64,000 nt of DNA, taken from Neoechinorhynchus agilis (lineage: Eukaryota; Animalia; Acanthocephala). Positions within the stretch are counted from its first letter, which is position 1, and each line of letters begins with the position of its first letter. Of this stretch, positions 38,920-50,694 are shown piece by piece. The translations under genes were made by a program, and so were the position numbers. Under the pieces are notes generated by a model, which saw only the letters and a program-made list of their open reading frames with translations, was not told the origin of the DNA and did no database searches. The DNA is taken from positions 18,082,784 through 18,146,783 of the forward strand of contig CM121341.1 of the NCBI GenBank assembly GCA_051530055.1, read 5' to 3'.

Positions 38920-40473
38920 GATCACCACCGTCCGCAAAATTAGAGCTTCTCTCCTTCCTCGGCTGTCGCTATCACGCTAGCAGCATTGCCTCGTTGTACT
39001 GCGAACGAGATATTTTGTCGCAGGAATACACCTGCTCGTGCGCTGCCGGTCGTTTCTCTCAATTTCTTCGAGAGATCCTGGAGCAGAGTGAGTGCCGAGC
39101 TGCTAAGCGCTCCATACGTCTCTACTCCGAAGGGGACAAAATAGTGGGCCCTTTCTAAATCCCTATATTTTCGTACCTTCCTCCCTTCCGCTGCACTGGC
39201 AGCACCTCCAGCGATTACGAGAGAGTAGGGAATGTTGCTTACTGCGAGGGTATCCACACACGTCGCGTCCCAGAAAAGGCATTTGCCCCCCCCCACCACG
39301 GAAAGACCGTAATTCCGTCGCGACCAAGCCTTGAGGACACTGCGATTCTCGTTACCTCATCAGTGAGAAGAGTTCCCACAGATGCCAGAGGAACAGCCTC
39401 CAAAAACGCCAACGATTCTCGTGTCGAAACTGCCAACAATCTAGCTCGGACGACGCCATCGCGAGAACCTAAAAGTAGAGAGCTGTGAGCTCTCGCGACA
39501 AGAGGTCTGTCCCAGATCGATTGTCTGAGGCCATTCACGGGAACATGGTTAGCGCCTGCCTGCTGGCACCATTATTCAACTGCCATCACAAAGTCTTGGT
39601 CAAGACAAAACTTTTTCCTCAGAATTATCTTCGCTATCGGTTGACCCCCTCATATGACCCAAGAAAGGCTGGCAAGGCAAGGTCTACTAGCGCCCAAGTG
39701 CCCAATCCCCCAGATGATACAGGAGTATTTGTAGTGTCGCGTTGTCTCCTTGTGCAAAACTGTCGGAGGATGACAATAACCGAACAGCCCACTGAACATC
39801 TCCGTCCGCAAGCTTCGAAGAGACACGTTCAGTCAAGGATCGCTTTGAAAAACGACAACGAAACGCTTCCTTCGTGCGTCCCTTACGAACCTTGCGAAAT
39901 TTCATTTCGAAATTTCATTTCGAAATTGTTAAATATCTTTTCGAGGGAGGCCACCCTTTCATTGATTGTTAATATCAAAAGCACCCCAAAATCATCACTG
40001 GTGCAAAGGACTAAGCGCGGGAATGCGAAGAGCCGTATCCATGATGGCGTACAGTTCTTTTGGAGGCAATCGTTGAGCAATCCCGTAAATGCTTTGGCGA
40101 CCTGATATCGTGTGCCCTTTGGGATCGGTTTCAGGACGTTCCTAGGCAGAAACCGCACGATATAAGGTAGCGAAATAGAGCCAGTGGTGATCTGAGAGGT
40201 CCCATGCATAAACAGATCGGTTGATTGTGGTTGAGAACCAGACCCGCTACAGCGGAGATCCCGGGGACCATGGGCAAACAAAACCCCCAAATTGGTTAAT
40301 TTAAAAGACTTACCGCAAACCGAACACAAACCAGTAGAGACGCATGGGAGCCCGGTAGCGTTGGTGTTCTCAGGTTGAGCGCTATCGATAAGTGGCGCGT
40401 TCAAGGTGTCTGCGTCAGTGATTTGATGAACATAATTTCGGTTTGGTGTCCACATCGGTAATGGAGGCGGCAT
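38920..40473 (-). mobile_element. Internally deleted CRE-clade element (N-terminal knuckle joined to the endonuclease)
   Basis: MPPPLPMW...CSVCGKSFKLTNLGVLFAHGPRDLRCSGSG at the 5' end; WDATCVDTLA...QRGNAASV at the 3' end. Most of the RT is missing. Confidence 0.9.
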
Positions 40474-40744
40474 TGGAACACATTAGGCGATTATTAATGA
40501 GTAAGGACTCCAAGATCAAATAGAAATGTCTTCTGTATTGGCCCATAAATCACTACAGATCACAGTGTATTTATCACTCAATGGAAAAAGCTTTCTGTCT
40601 TTGACAACAAATCCTTTTTCGTTAAATTGCACATCAACACCGTATGTTTCAATCAACTTGTCAATTTCCAAATGGATACGTTCACTTGCACGTCTTTTTT
40701 ACCGATTGGTTGAATACCTCAATGTACTGCTTTGATAATTTTTT

Positions 40745-41480
40745 ACCGAAACACTTTACACTGTGCCAAATTCGGCGGACATGCAATTTTAGTCAGCGCA
40801 GAGCGAAATCGTGAAAGGTTTTAGAAATCTGGCACCCGGTATAGAATTGATCACTATACACCGGCTGAGTCTTCTAGGGAGCTACGTTTTTGATTATAAT
40901 GTTGAAAACGAAATCGACTATCTACTCCCGAACATCGCGATGCTGTGCGATAGAGTCCTTGAACTTTCGTCACACGAGGCTCTATTCCTGATCAAGAATA
41001 CCCTCTTCATCCCGAAACTACTTTATAAACTGCGCACGGCTTCCTTCTTCAAGCACGTTGATAAGTTAAAGAAGCTCGATGACATTGTAAAGGCGTGTCT
41101 CGAGCACTTTTTAAATATCCAGCTATCAGACGAGGCCTGGTGACAAGCTTCATTGCCTTTATCGTCCGGTGGATTAGGTATTCGAAAAACACTAGATGTG
41201 TCGTTGCCCGCGTTTTTGGGATCATTCGAAGGGAGTCGGGATCTGATAAAAGTGGCGAAATATAGAGAATTAAGTAGGTCTCACGTTTTTGTACCCTTTG
41301 GAGCGGAGACTCTTGGTGCGCTCGGTAGCTCGGGACTTAAATTTACGAAGGATTTATCGAGTAGACTCCAGGCCAAGACAGGAAATACATGAGCTGGTGC
41401 CTTCCTGCGCCAAACCATTGGTCTCGCGATCCGGAAACGCAGCGAGCGTGGTCGCGACCACTGAGGGGATTGCGATGCCT
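40745..41480 (+). mobile_element. CRE-clade fragment with internal deletions
   Basis: HEALFLIKNTLFIPKLLYKLRTA, SSGGLGIR and FVPFGAETLGALG. Confidence 0.88.
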
Positions 41481-41730
41481 CTTCGTCGTGGACGATGGTG
41501 ATTGTTGAAACGCTTTGTGATTGTGTGTAAATGAAAGAGTTGCTTTCAAAAAAAACTCGTCTTTAAGTCTTTTTTGTCAGTTTAACATTCGTAAATATTC
41601 CATAAAATATATTAAGTGAACCTTTATAAGAAATCCCAAGAGTATAAAATATTATCTTGTGGAATACTACTTGATTTTCCAATCGCATGATTAATTAAGT
41701 TTTTTATATGAAGATTGGCCAGCCGGTAAC

Positions 41731-42213
41731 TTATATCGATGTGTGGCCTTTTATCACACGGCTGGTAATTTTTTGGGCACACAACCCACCGATTTGGTTC
41801 AGAGAAGTAATTCAATTACCCAATGCACTGAACCATCTGGTACGAGTTTGTACATTCCTCCGGATCCTCAGATACCTCCAGGAGGCGGGACTCAGTGAAT
41901 TTCCCCCCTTCAGCGGTGGCTGTGCGTCATTGGCGGTAACGGATTCGAACCACTTGACAAGTGGACTAATGCCCGTGATCCCGATTAAGGGTCAAGTGGT
42001 TCGAATCCGTTACCGCCAATGAAGCAAAGCCAAAGGGGACGAAACTGATGAGTCCTGACTCCTGGAGGTATCTGAGGATCCGGAGGAATGTACAAACTCG
42101 TACCGGATGGTTCAGTGCATTGAGTAATTGAATTACTTCCCTGAACCAAATCGGTGGGCTGTGTGCCCAAAAAAATTATCAGCCGTGTGATAAAAGGCCA
42201 CAAATTGATATAA
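41731..42213. repeat. Long inverted repeat (arms about 228 and 223 bp, 32-nt spacer) centred on a tRNA-like sequence
   Basis: 41731-41958 is the reverse complement of 41991-42213, apart from scattered transitions and one divergent patch. The centre holds an A-box-like TTGACAAGTGGACTAATGC and a B-box GGTTCGAATCC. Confidence 0.9.
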
Positions 42214-42463
42214 TCAAGTTTTGTTTTCGAAAATGAACACTTGGACGGGATGTTGTACTGATAAAGGAAATCTTTATTTTCGATCTTTCGCCGTCTCACG
42301 GCTTCTTCAGGAATCCAGAAATACATTATTTTAGTCAATTTTTGTGCAAATTGGGCAACCGTCGAGGATGTTTTAGAGTATTACAGACCATTTTGAGCAG
42401 CTTCTACAGGTGATGATCGCTTTAATGAATTTCATCATCGACATTGTGATTTGGTCGATCAAG

Positions 42464-42645
42464 AAATTTTAAAAAGTTGTTATTTAGATCGCTTGTCGAC
42501 GCCCGAAGCAATTGAATTGACAATGACTGATTCAATAAGTCGAAATATACACTGGACTTTAACTATCTCCCTCGGGCGTCAACAAGCGACCTAATTAACG
42601 ACATATCCAACCACCCGAATTCATTCCTTAAAGTAAATTTTAAAA
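42464..42645 (+). mobile_element. Mini-element: 11-bp direct repeats, ~30-bp inverted arms, degenerate hammerhead-like core
   Basis: aaattttaaaa at 42464 and 42635. Arms 42476-42507 and 42571-42602. Core TTGACAA-T-GACT-gattcaata-AGTC-GAAATATA at 42517-42549. Confidence 0.6.
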
Positions 42646-43044
42646 TATAGAACTATACTGTGCATCTTCACGGAAAATGTTTTCTTCCGGACGAAAAATA
42701 GTGACGATTTTTACTAGTTACGTGTCATAATGTTCATAAGTTGCTCCTGTGATCTGGATTACGGCCATGTTAAATTTGATCATTTGAATAGAATTTTCTT
42801 ACAAATGAATAATGCCTATTTAATAGTCTTTGTTTTACAAACAACGTCAATTTCGTGAATCTAAGTTGAGGATAAATTTCGCTCATTTACGTTTAGGCTT
42901 ATTTACGTAGGACACTAATTGGGAGTCATGATCGATTTACATAATTATCGCAATCTTTTAGTGAATTGTGTATTTCTCTAATACCGATCAGCCGCTTAAT
43001 ACGCTCGTACTGTTTATCAAGTAGCCGGGCATTATAATTTGTAG

Positions 43045-44957
43045 ATGATGAAATCGGCGACACTGCTTATTTTTCGAAGTTCTTTTGTAAATGCTCGAAT
43101 GAATTTAAGGTGCTTAAGTCAGGTTGGTAACGATTTTAGTCATTAACAAAGCCCTTAACGTCCACTAGAAACCATGCGGAAATTTAAAAGACGAAGATAG
43201 AATATTCACTAATCTTTATGGTCGACATGATGCTTTCCTTAAAGGAGCAATGAAACGGGTTTGTGGATTTTTGTTAAAACTATATGTATTTTATTACCTT
43301 TTACAAAGGGCGATTGGTATAAAACGAAAGAGATAATCTCAAAAGGGACCGATTGGATTATAAATGAAATGAAGATTTCTGGAATAAGGGGACGAGGCGG
43401 AGCAGGTTTTCCCGTTGGATTAAAGTGGAGTTTTATGACTAAACCATCCGATGGACGGTAAGTGTCGCTCGGCTTTCAAGCTCGATCATTTTTTCGAAGA
43501 CCAAAGTATTTAGTCGTGAATGCAGATGAGGGAGAACCTGGTACATGCAAAGATCGTGAAATCATGAGGCATGACCCGCATAAATTGATTGAAGGATGTC
43601 TAATAGCCGGTGCTGCAATGAAAGCAAGAGCGGGTGGGATTTATGCGTTTCCTGAATCTGAACAATTACTCCGCAACGATTTCAGCCTATATCTACATAA
43701 GAGGGGAGTTTTATAACGAGGCTGTTACGCTTTACAAAGCGATTCATGAGGTCGATATCATGGCCGCTTACCATTGAGTTCTTAACTTCCTATAGGCCTA
43801 CAAGGAAGGTCTAATCGGTCGCAATGCATGTGGCAGTGGATATGACTATGATATATTTGTCGTCCGCGGTGCCGGTGCCTATATTTGCGGGGAAGAGACG
43901 GTTTAGCATTAAAATTCAGTAATGAATGGCTACTTCATTTGATAAATAGGCATTGATAGAATCGATCGAAGGAAAACAAGGCAAGCCTCGTCTTAAGCCG
44001 CCATTCCCAGCCGATATAGGTTTATTCGGTTGCCCAACAACTGTGAACAATGTGGAATCTATTGCATGCGCGCCTACTATTTGCCGCCGAAGTGGTAGTT
44101 GGTTTGCTTCACTCGGTAGACCAAAGAATCACGGAACAAAGGTATAACAATTTCACGGTGGAAAACTTTAAAATCGACGATTTTTTTAGCTTTATTGCAT
44201 ATCCGGGCATGTGAATAGTCCTTGCGTAGTTGAAGAAGAAATGTCAATACCACTTCGACAGTTGATTGAACAACATGCCGGTGGTGTTACCGGTGGTTGG
44301 GATAACCTTCTTGCCGTCATTCCTGGTGGATCAAGCGTTCCTTTGATACCCAAAAAGTATTGGTTTTGCTAGTTTCCAAAAATATGCTTAACTAAATATT
44401 CAGTGTATGTGACGACGTTCTGATGGATTTTGATGCGCTAGTCGAAGCTGGCACCGCTCTTGGTACAGGCGCTGTGATTGTTATGGACAGACAAACGGAC
44501 GTGATTAAGGCGATTGCGAGACTGTCGCAATTCTACGAACATGAAAGCTGTGGACAAGTGAGTTTAAAATGCGTTTGATATCATGTCCAACAGTCACTTA
44601 TGAGCAGTGCACGCCTTGCCGTGAAGGTTGTGGATGGTTGAATAAGATGATGAACAGATTCGGTTCGTGTTTATAGTTCACCCAATTCATTGTCACGATA
44701 TTTATTGCAGTTGAAGGAAATGCTCGGGTCGAGGAAATTGATCTGATTTGGGATTTAACGAAGCAAATCGAAGGGCACACTATATGCGCGCTTGGCGATG
44801 CTGCGGCATGGCCTGTGCAGGTACTTACTAAAATTCCGTAAAAAGAAGCGATTCTTGATTGAAATATATTTAGGGTCTTATTAGACACTTTAGAAGTGAA
44901 ATGATCGATCGGATTGAAAAGTTCCACCAAAGAAAAGGAATTACCATGGAAGGATAA
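43045..44957 (+). CDS. NDUFV1: NADH dehydrogenase (ubiquinone) flavoprotein 1, 51-kDa subunit; 12 exons
   Basis: [51 protein letters not shown] and the N3 cluster motif [13 protein letters not shown]...ICALGD. 11 short GT-AG introns. Confidence 0.97.
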
Positions 44958-45352
44958 ACTCAAGAGTAGCTTATTTAGTTTTTGTGCTAAAAATTTTCGC
45001 GGATAATTAAGATGAGAGTTTTAAGCATTACCGTTTCTATATCACACATTAACAATTTCGATTTCTTGCGACACGATTCGAATCCGAAATGAGTGATTAA
45101 AAAACGTTTAAGTTTGAACATTGAAATCGGAAATCAAAAAAAGGAGAGGCAACCCAAATGACTTGCTTTTTTGTCATGTACGAAAGTGACTAGTCCTTCA
45201 GTGTCTTTTATCGGTCTTTGAGATTTCAGGCCAAGGTGTGAATGTGGCGAATAGAGGAGGGTAGATGTCGCGGCTTTCATTAAAGATTGTAAATGTCAGT
45301 GATAAATTTCAGAATCGGTCCCGTAGAAGTGCGATTTACAATTGCTGCACAC

Positions 45353-45552
45353 TAATATTTCTGATAAAGAAGTTGTTATATTTATGTATGTGTTCTTTGG
45401 TGATTATAACAATAGAGACCGATTTATTGATCTCAATTTTTCGTCCGTCTTGTCGGACTTCTTCAGCAGGTTGTTTGCAATTGATTACGGTGTTAGATAT
45501 TGAGATCAATAAATCAGTCTATTTTTATAATCACCAAAGAACAGTAATATTT
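45353..45552 (-). mobile_element. Mini-element of the same family as 37810-38033: inverted arms around a hammerhead-like core
   Basis: Arms 45391-45437 and 45499-45543. Minus-strand core CTGAAGA-A-GTCCG-acaaga-CGGAC-GAAAAATT. The tail ends ...aacttcttta as in the 37.8 kb copy. taatattt is repeated at 45353 and 45545. Confidence 0.72.
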
Positions 45553-45773
45553 TTCAGAGTTATTTGACGTTGTAAGTTGCTGCAATGTGTTTCAATCAAC
45601 GCCTTTCGGACGGCGCATTTTATCGAAAGATTCCATGAAATTCGCATTTTAAGCTTCTCAAAACAATTCCATGTAAAGAACGAAACGCCTTTTAAAATTC
45701 CACAAACGATCTTTTTTTAGAAAGCCCAATGAGATACAGCAATCTTATTTGGTGGCGCACAGCGCGCTGTATC

Positions 45774-45899
45774 TGACGTCATATAAAGTTTACATCTGTT
45801 GCTTCATTAGTGCAGCACCTACAAAATTGTTCTCATCATATTTTTTTATTTATAAACGCTGATCTCGCAATCTAAAACGCTTACACTTTGATGACGTCA
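45774..45899. promoter_or_regulatory. Two perfect TGACGTCA (ATF/CREB-type) octamers, one abutting TATAAA
   Basis: TGACGTCA at 45774-45781 (followed by TATAAAG) and at 45892-45899, upstream of the 46.1 kb ORF. Confidence 0.45.
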
Positions 45900-46114
45900 T
45901 GACCTTACTGTTTCAGTGCAACCTTTTATGGAGCGTTCGATTTCTTTACTTATTTTTTCGAATTCGGACTAACGCTAAAGGTCGTAAATCTCTTTTTAAT
46001 CCTTGTTGCTTTATGAGGTTTACGGACTCATGGACCGATCATGTTTTCCGTTAGTATAAAAATTTCGATGATTAGATTTTTTTTCGGTGATCGGTCCTAC
46101 AGCCAAGGCGATGG

Positions 46115-47283
46115 ATGGAATTTTTATCATTCGTTTTAGAAATGCGATACGGTCGTCCTGTTCAAGAGTCGGGAATTGATTACTCTAAGTTTGAACGGGA
46201 ATTAGAAGAAGAGATTGATCAAGAGAGTATGAACATTGCTGTACAAGTAGCAATGAATGCGCTTAAATCTAAAAAAGAAGAGATTGAGTATGTAAAGAAA
46301 TGTATTGCTAGAGAAGCACACGAAATTGTATCGAACGAATATATCATGAAACTATTGGAAGATGGCAGAGCTTTAGAACAAGAGATCGAGAATAATTTAA
46401 ATAAGGCATCTTACGACAAAAACTTGAAGGAATATATCGCATTGAACGATAAAATTCGGTTCGATGAGGCAGCTAGGATTTCGGTTGAACATTATGTAGC
46501 CAATGATCAGATCGAGAAGTTGGAAAGGGAAATTGAATTGACCGAAGTCGATATGTGTAGAATTGATGCTCAAATTGAAAAAATTGAAATGGAAATGACG
46601 GAGGGTGAAATTAAGAGAAATGATCGGTTCTTTTGCCTTATAGAAGAATCGATTTTTTGAATAAAAGACTGAAAATGAAAGTTTTAAGTTGTAGGCCAAT
46701 GGATATGGAAAAATCCATTAATCTACTACGCCAAGATTGTTGTATCATTGAAACTGAGCTGGATAATCTGAGTCGTGAAGTCACTAAGGCTACTCAGCGA
46801 AATATATGTTTAGTATTTGAGTTCGAAAGGAAAAAAGAAGAGCTCAAGAATGTTTTGGAGGCGGTGGAGAAGATTAGACAGTATGAGATCGACGCAGAAT
46901 ATACTTTGATTGCACTTTCAAATCACTACAGGGAGCTAAAATCTAGAGAAGAATACGTCCTCGGTAAGGTTCAAGATATTGTCAAGATTATGGAACTGGA
47001 GGCAACGGAGCGCGGATTGCAGACTAGTCGTTTGGCAAATCAATTGGCAAGCTTGACCAGTCGATATATTTGCGAGGTCCACAGGCAAGAAATTTTGAAT
47101 GAGAAGTTACATGAGATTCAAGTGAAGTCTGCCATCAATGACATGATCAATCAAATTGTCGGCGAAAATCGGAAAAGACGTTTGGAGAATAATGGAATGG
47201 GTTTGCAGTTGTTGCGCATCATTCGTCAAAAAAAGGTGCGGTTCACCCCTGGTCACACTTTGCATGAATTCTCAAAGCCGTGA
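46115..47283 (+). CDS. Glu/Lys-rich coiled-coil protein split into two overlapping frames
   Basis: ORFs 46115-46660 and 46633-47283 have the same heptad-like E/K/I/L composition. One extra T in the ATTTTTTG run at about 46652 would fuse them. No family recognised. Confidence 0.6.
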
Positions 47284-47719
47284 TTGTTGAGGATAACTTT
47301 CGCGATTAAATCTCTATACAATCTATTTTTTATTAAACAATAACAATTTAGGATTCTGATATTCTTATTTTTACGATACCGCGTCTTTGGTTCCACCTTG
47401 CTTGATTTAGATTGAATTTTAAAAATTGCAATTATGCACTGCAGATGATTCTAAAGCTCAAGGTATATCCCTTATTTTGGTAAATCAGATATGCAAAGTT
47501 CATGTTCATATTCTCCAGCTGCGATCGCTTCGAAGAAGTTGCGATATGCCACTACTACTCAAATTTGGGAACATATAAACGTGTTTTATTTAAAAGAAGA
47601 AGCACAAATCACCGAACATTGTACCTTAGGTATCTGGTGAATCTCGTACATTTTAAACAACCTTGGCCGGTAAAGTTGATTTTAATCGGTTGCTCCTTCC
47701 TTCGAATCAATTCGCATTT

Positions 47720-48700
47720 GGAAGATTGAGCGGTTAGGAAGAAAGAGCGGAGGTAGAGATTTGTGCGAGGGACTGAAGGATGAAAAATGTTGGGGCGACG
47801 AGTGTTGTAAGTGTGAGTAAAAGGAGAAATGTGTGGTAGAAATTGAGGCGGAAGAGAATGGAGGTGCTTTGAGTGCTTTTGAAAGATTAGAGAGAGGTGT
47901 TCTTCTAAGGGCAGGAGTTCGGAGGAGCAGATTAGAGCGCACTTCTTGTGAAGTGTTTAGTTTTTGGAATAAATCAGAAAAACAACTGTAAAAGGTTGTT
48001 GGTAGGATGGCAGACAAAAAAGTATTTAAGATCTTTGGATGACATTCCAAGGAATCGGAGGCGTTTAAGAAGATAGAGCTTAATGGAACCTTTGTGCCAC
48101 GAAATTGATATGTGCTTGTCCCACTTTAGATTTTTATGAAAATGAAGCCCAAGTATATGGACAGAGGAGACACGATTGATAGAAAAAGGAAGTGGCTGAT
48201 CGGATGGGCTATTTGAGATTGAGGGGACGATTTCAAAGCACTTGGTCAAGTTAACGGTAGGACATTTAGAGGAGCAAAATTCTTGGACGTGAGAAATTTC
48301 GCTAGAGGTAATTGAGAGTGAGAGAGGAGCTGGTGCATGCGCAATTATTGTCAGATCATCGGCATGCAAGAAGTATTTAGAACGAGAAGAGGATAGAATA
48401 AGATCGTTCAGGAAAATGTTGAAAAGAATGGGGAGAGAACAGCCCCTTAAGGAACTCCTATTTCGATAGAGCATGTGTCAAGGAGAAGATTGTGATCGAC
48501 GGAATCAAAAGCTTTATGATGTCGATTTGGGTGAGTTGAGAGATAAATGAAGGATGTGCGTCGAGATTATGAGGAAGAGAATCGTAAATGCAAAGAAGGG
48601 CATCCGTATTAACACACAACGCGTTTCAAGGACAATCGATATGGGAATTACACAGTAGCGTTTCTTTTTATAAGATATTCCGAGATTAATCTGCCTCAAA
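47720..48700 (-). mobile_element. Degenerate CR1/L2-type LINE RT 3' fragment
   Basis: PILFNIFLNDL, FLHADDLTI, ILGLHFHKNLKWDKHI and LYLLKRLRFLG. Confidence 0.85.
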
Positions 48701-48877
48701 AAGACTGGGCAGCTTAATGACGGTTTATTTGAATAGCTAAAGTTATCGTTTTAAAAAATTTCTTCAAAAGTATGAAAATATCAGTTGCTTGTGCATTAGG
48801 ATTAGTATTTTACGAAAAATCTAGCATCAGTGGCCCGTGAAGCTTTTCACTGTGCAATCCTAAGGCAAAGATCACTT

Positions 48878-49264
48878 TTATTGGCAAGATATTGCGAAAA
48901 TCACTGCTATGCATTGAAGAAACTCATTTGAATAATTGATTCGCAAAGCTCGATCGGTTTCTTTTATCCACGAGCACCGAGTCTCGATATGTGCTTCAGA
49001 CGATTTGAACAACTCTGGTAATTCGCTAATGCTCACATGAATCATGAACTTATATTCAGTGCCACAGTTCTTAGCTAAGTCAACCATTAAATTCTTTATT
49101 GCTTTGCACATCTCCGCACTTTTATGCTTAGCATTAATTGACAAATATTCGGCACCTCCAATCGTCTCCTCGATGTACTTCTGAATTGCCGATTCTGCTT
49201 TGCTAACATCAAACGCATTTTCACTTTTGTTAGTGGGTCCATTTCGAACCGGACTTTGCGCCAT
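48878..49264 (-). CDS. Tctex-1 family dynein light chain, intronless (128 aa)
   Basis: AFDVSKAESAIQKYIEETI...YKFMIHVSI...RCSWIKETD...YSNEFLQCIAVIFAI follows the Tctex-1 pattern (F....V..II...L, YK..V.V.I, W...TD, N....C.V.VF). Confidence 0.8.
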   Translation of the reverse strand: MAQSPVRNGPTNKSENAFDVSKAESAIQKYIEETIGGAEYLSINAKHKSAEMCKAIKNLMVDLAKNCGTEYKFMIHVSISELPELFKSSEAHIETRCSWIKETDRALRINYSNEFLQCIAVIFAISCQ

Positions 49265-49336
49265 CTAATAATTTGACGATACAAAATTCACAGAAACAAT
49301 ATTATCGTGGACATGGCAATTTTTAAAGAGTACCGA

Positions 49337-49350
49337 GTAGTTATGGCAAC
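49337..49350. promoter_or_regulatory. RFX X-box-like motif in the divergent promoter
   Basis: GTAGTTATGGCAAC, plus a second CATGGCAAT half-site at 49312, between the Tctex-1 gene and ORF 49583. Confidence 0.4.
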
Positions 49351-49582
49351 ACAGTTGACATTAAGTAATCAATTTGGATCTTGAATGGGACTTCGCACTT
49401 CCGCACCTATAGTTAGCGATATATAGGTCTGGGCAATGTTTGTACATACTTTATTTTAGATATACTTCCATCTCAATGAGCCATACATAAGCCTCACAAA
49501 CAAGCGTCATATTGATTCATGCGGATCGAAGTACAAACAATACCGAAACGATGTTTATCTGTATGAAAAAGTATCTCAATTA

Positions 49583-50128
49583 ATGACTGATTTCGTTGAT
49601 GACATGGAATTTGAATATAGTTATCTCAAACATCAGCATGGGAAAATGGGTCCGTATAGAGATATAGAGTGCCTTGGCGCTCAAAGGAAATGGATTGGGC
49701 AATCAATGGTGCTGCATCACACGATCGGAATCTTGAGAATGTACATTGACAAAATGAACTCTTACAGGTATCCTAAAGTACCTAAAAGATATTTAAAAGA
49801 TCTTAATGTTAATCACAAAAAATGTGAATTATATAAAAAAGGGATGAAACTTATTAAAGAAAGGGCGAAAATCGGTTATAACAATTTCATGAAACATGCA
49901 GATTATATTGAAAAACGATTGCGACAACTGGGTATCAATAAGGCTGATGACGTAAGAGCGGCATATAATGACAAATGTGAAAGGAGTCGAATTATGGGTC
50001 GAAAGGTTCAAGCATTTCAAGACGAACTAAATCATCTAATGGGAACAATATTCGAGAATCTTGTTCAAAATTTTGGAGTAAAACCAAAGACGAGTTTTTG
50101 GAAAATTCGATGCCTATTTTGCAGTTAG
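49583..50128 (+). CDS. Orphan basic, helical protein (181 aa)
   Basis: Uninterrupted 546-nt ORF in AT-rich DNA with protein-like composition; no family recognised. Confidence 0.6.
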   Translation: MTDFVDDMEFEYSYLKHQHGKMGPYRDIECLGAQRKWIGQSMVLHHTIGILRMYIDKMNSYRYPKVPKRYLKDLNVNHKKCELYKKGMKLIKERAKIGYNNFMKHADYIEKRLRQLGINKADDVRAAYNDKCERSRIMGRKVQAFQDELNHLMGTIFENLVQNFGVKPKTSFWKIRCLFCS

Positions 50129-50581
50129 TAATTTGAACTTCTTAAAACTTTTTGTGCTACAACAATGTGTCGTATTTTGCAAAGATGTTATCAAGATTCG
50201 TTTAATAATTAACAATAATGAAATTAAATTACTTATATTCACTTCTCCTTTGGCCAAAAAAAGAAGTCGTATAGTTGAAAAAAATGAAAGTTATGGTTGC
50301 CATTACCCACCAGGTATTGAATCCTCAAAGCTATTTTTTGAAATTTTCAGCAGAGCTTGAACCACTTTTCCAGCGCCTGAAACTGTGTTTCGAAAAAGGA
50401 TAAAAAAATCTGAATATTTAATAACAAAAATATGCTGAAATTGTTTTTCGTGTTTTTCTATTGGTCCTAATTTCGAGGTTAATTGCCTATCTTTAAAAAC
50501 CTATTGCGTAAAGTTTAAAATTATTTTAAGATACATAAAATTAATAACTAGTGTCAGCTTTAGAATATTACTTTTTATTCT

Positions 50582-50625
50582 CTGACGATGAACCCGGCTA
50601 GGTTTGAAACGCTTTTAATAAAAAA
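50582..50625 (+). ncRNA. Hammerhead-like motif (Penelope-type 3' end)
   Basis: CTGACGA-T-GAACC-cggcta-GGTTT-GAAACGCTT followed by AATAAA. Same layout as the 30294 motif. Confidence 0.45.
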
Positions 50626-50694
50626 ATATTTACCGGGCAAAGACCTAAACAATGATTCTAATCATATACCCCGGCACCTCACATATCGACTTTT

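Noticed and set aside
42037-42055. GGAC-GAAA-CTGATGA-GTCC, containing both hammerhead core strings and a complementary stem II
   Set aside because: GAAA runs directly into CTGATGA, leaving no stems I or III and no cleavage triplet. The motif is absent from the other arm of the inverted repeat.
41708-42338. ORFs over the foldback; PIKGQVVRI resembles D-amino-acid oxidase
   Set aside because: The match is a few residues arising from the tRNA-like B-box, GGNGFEP is the antisense reading of that T-arm, and a homopolymer indel between the arms breaks the frame.
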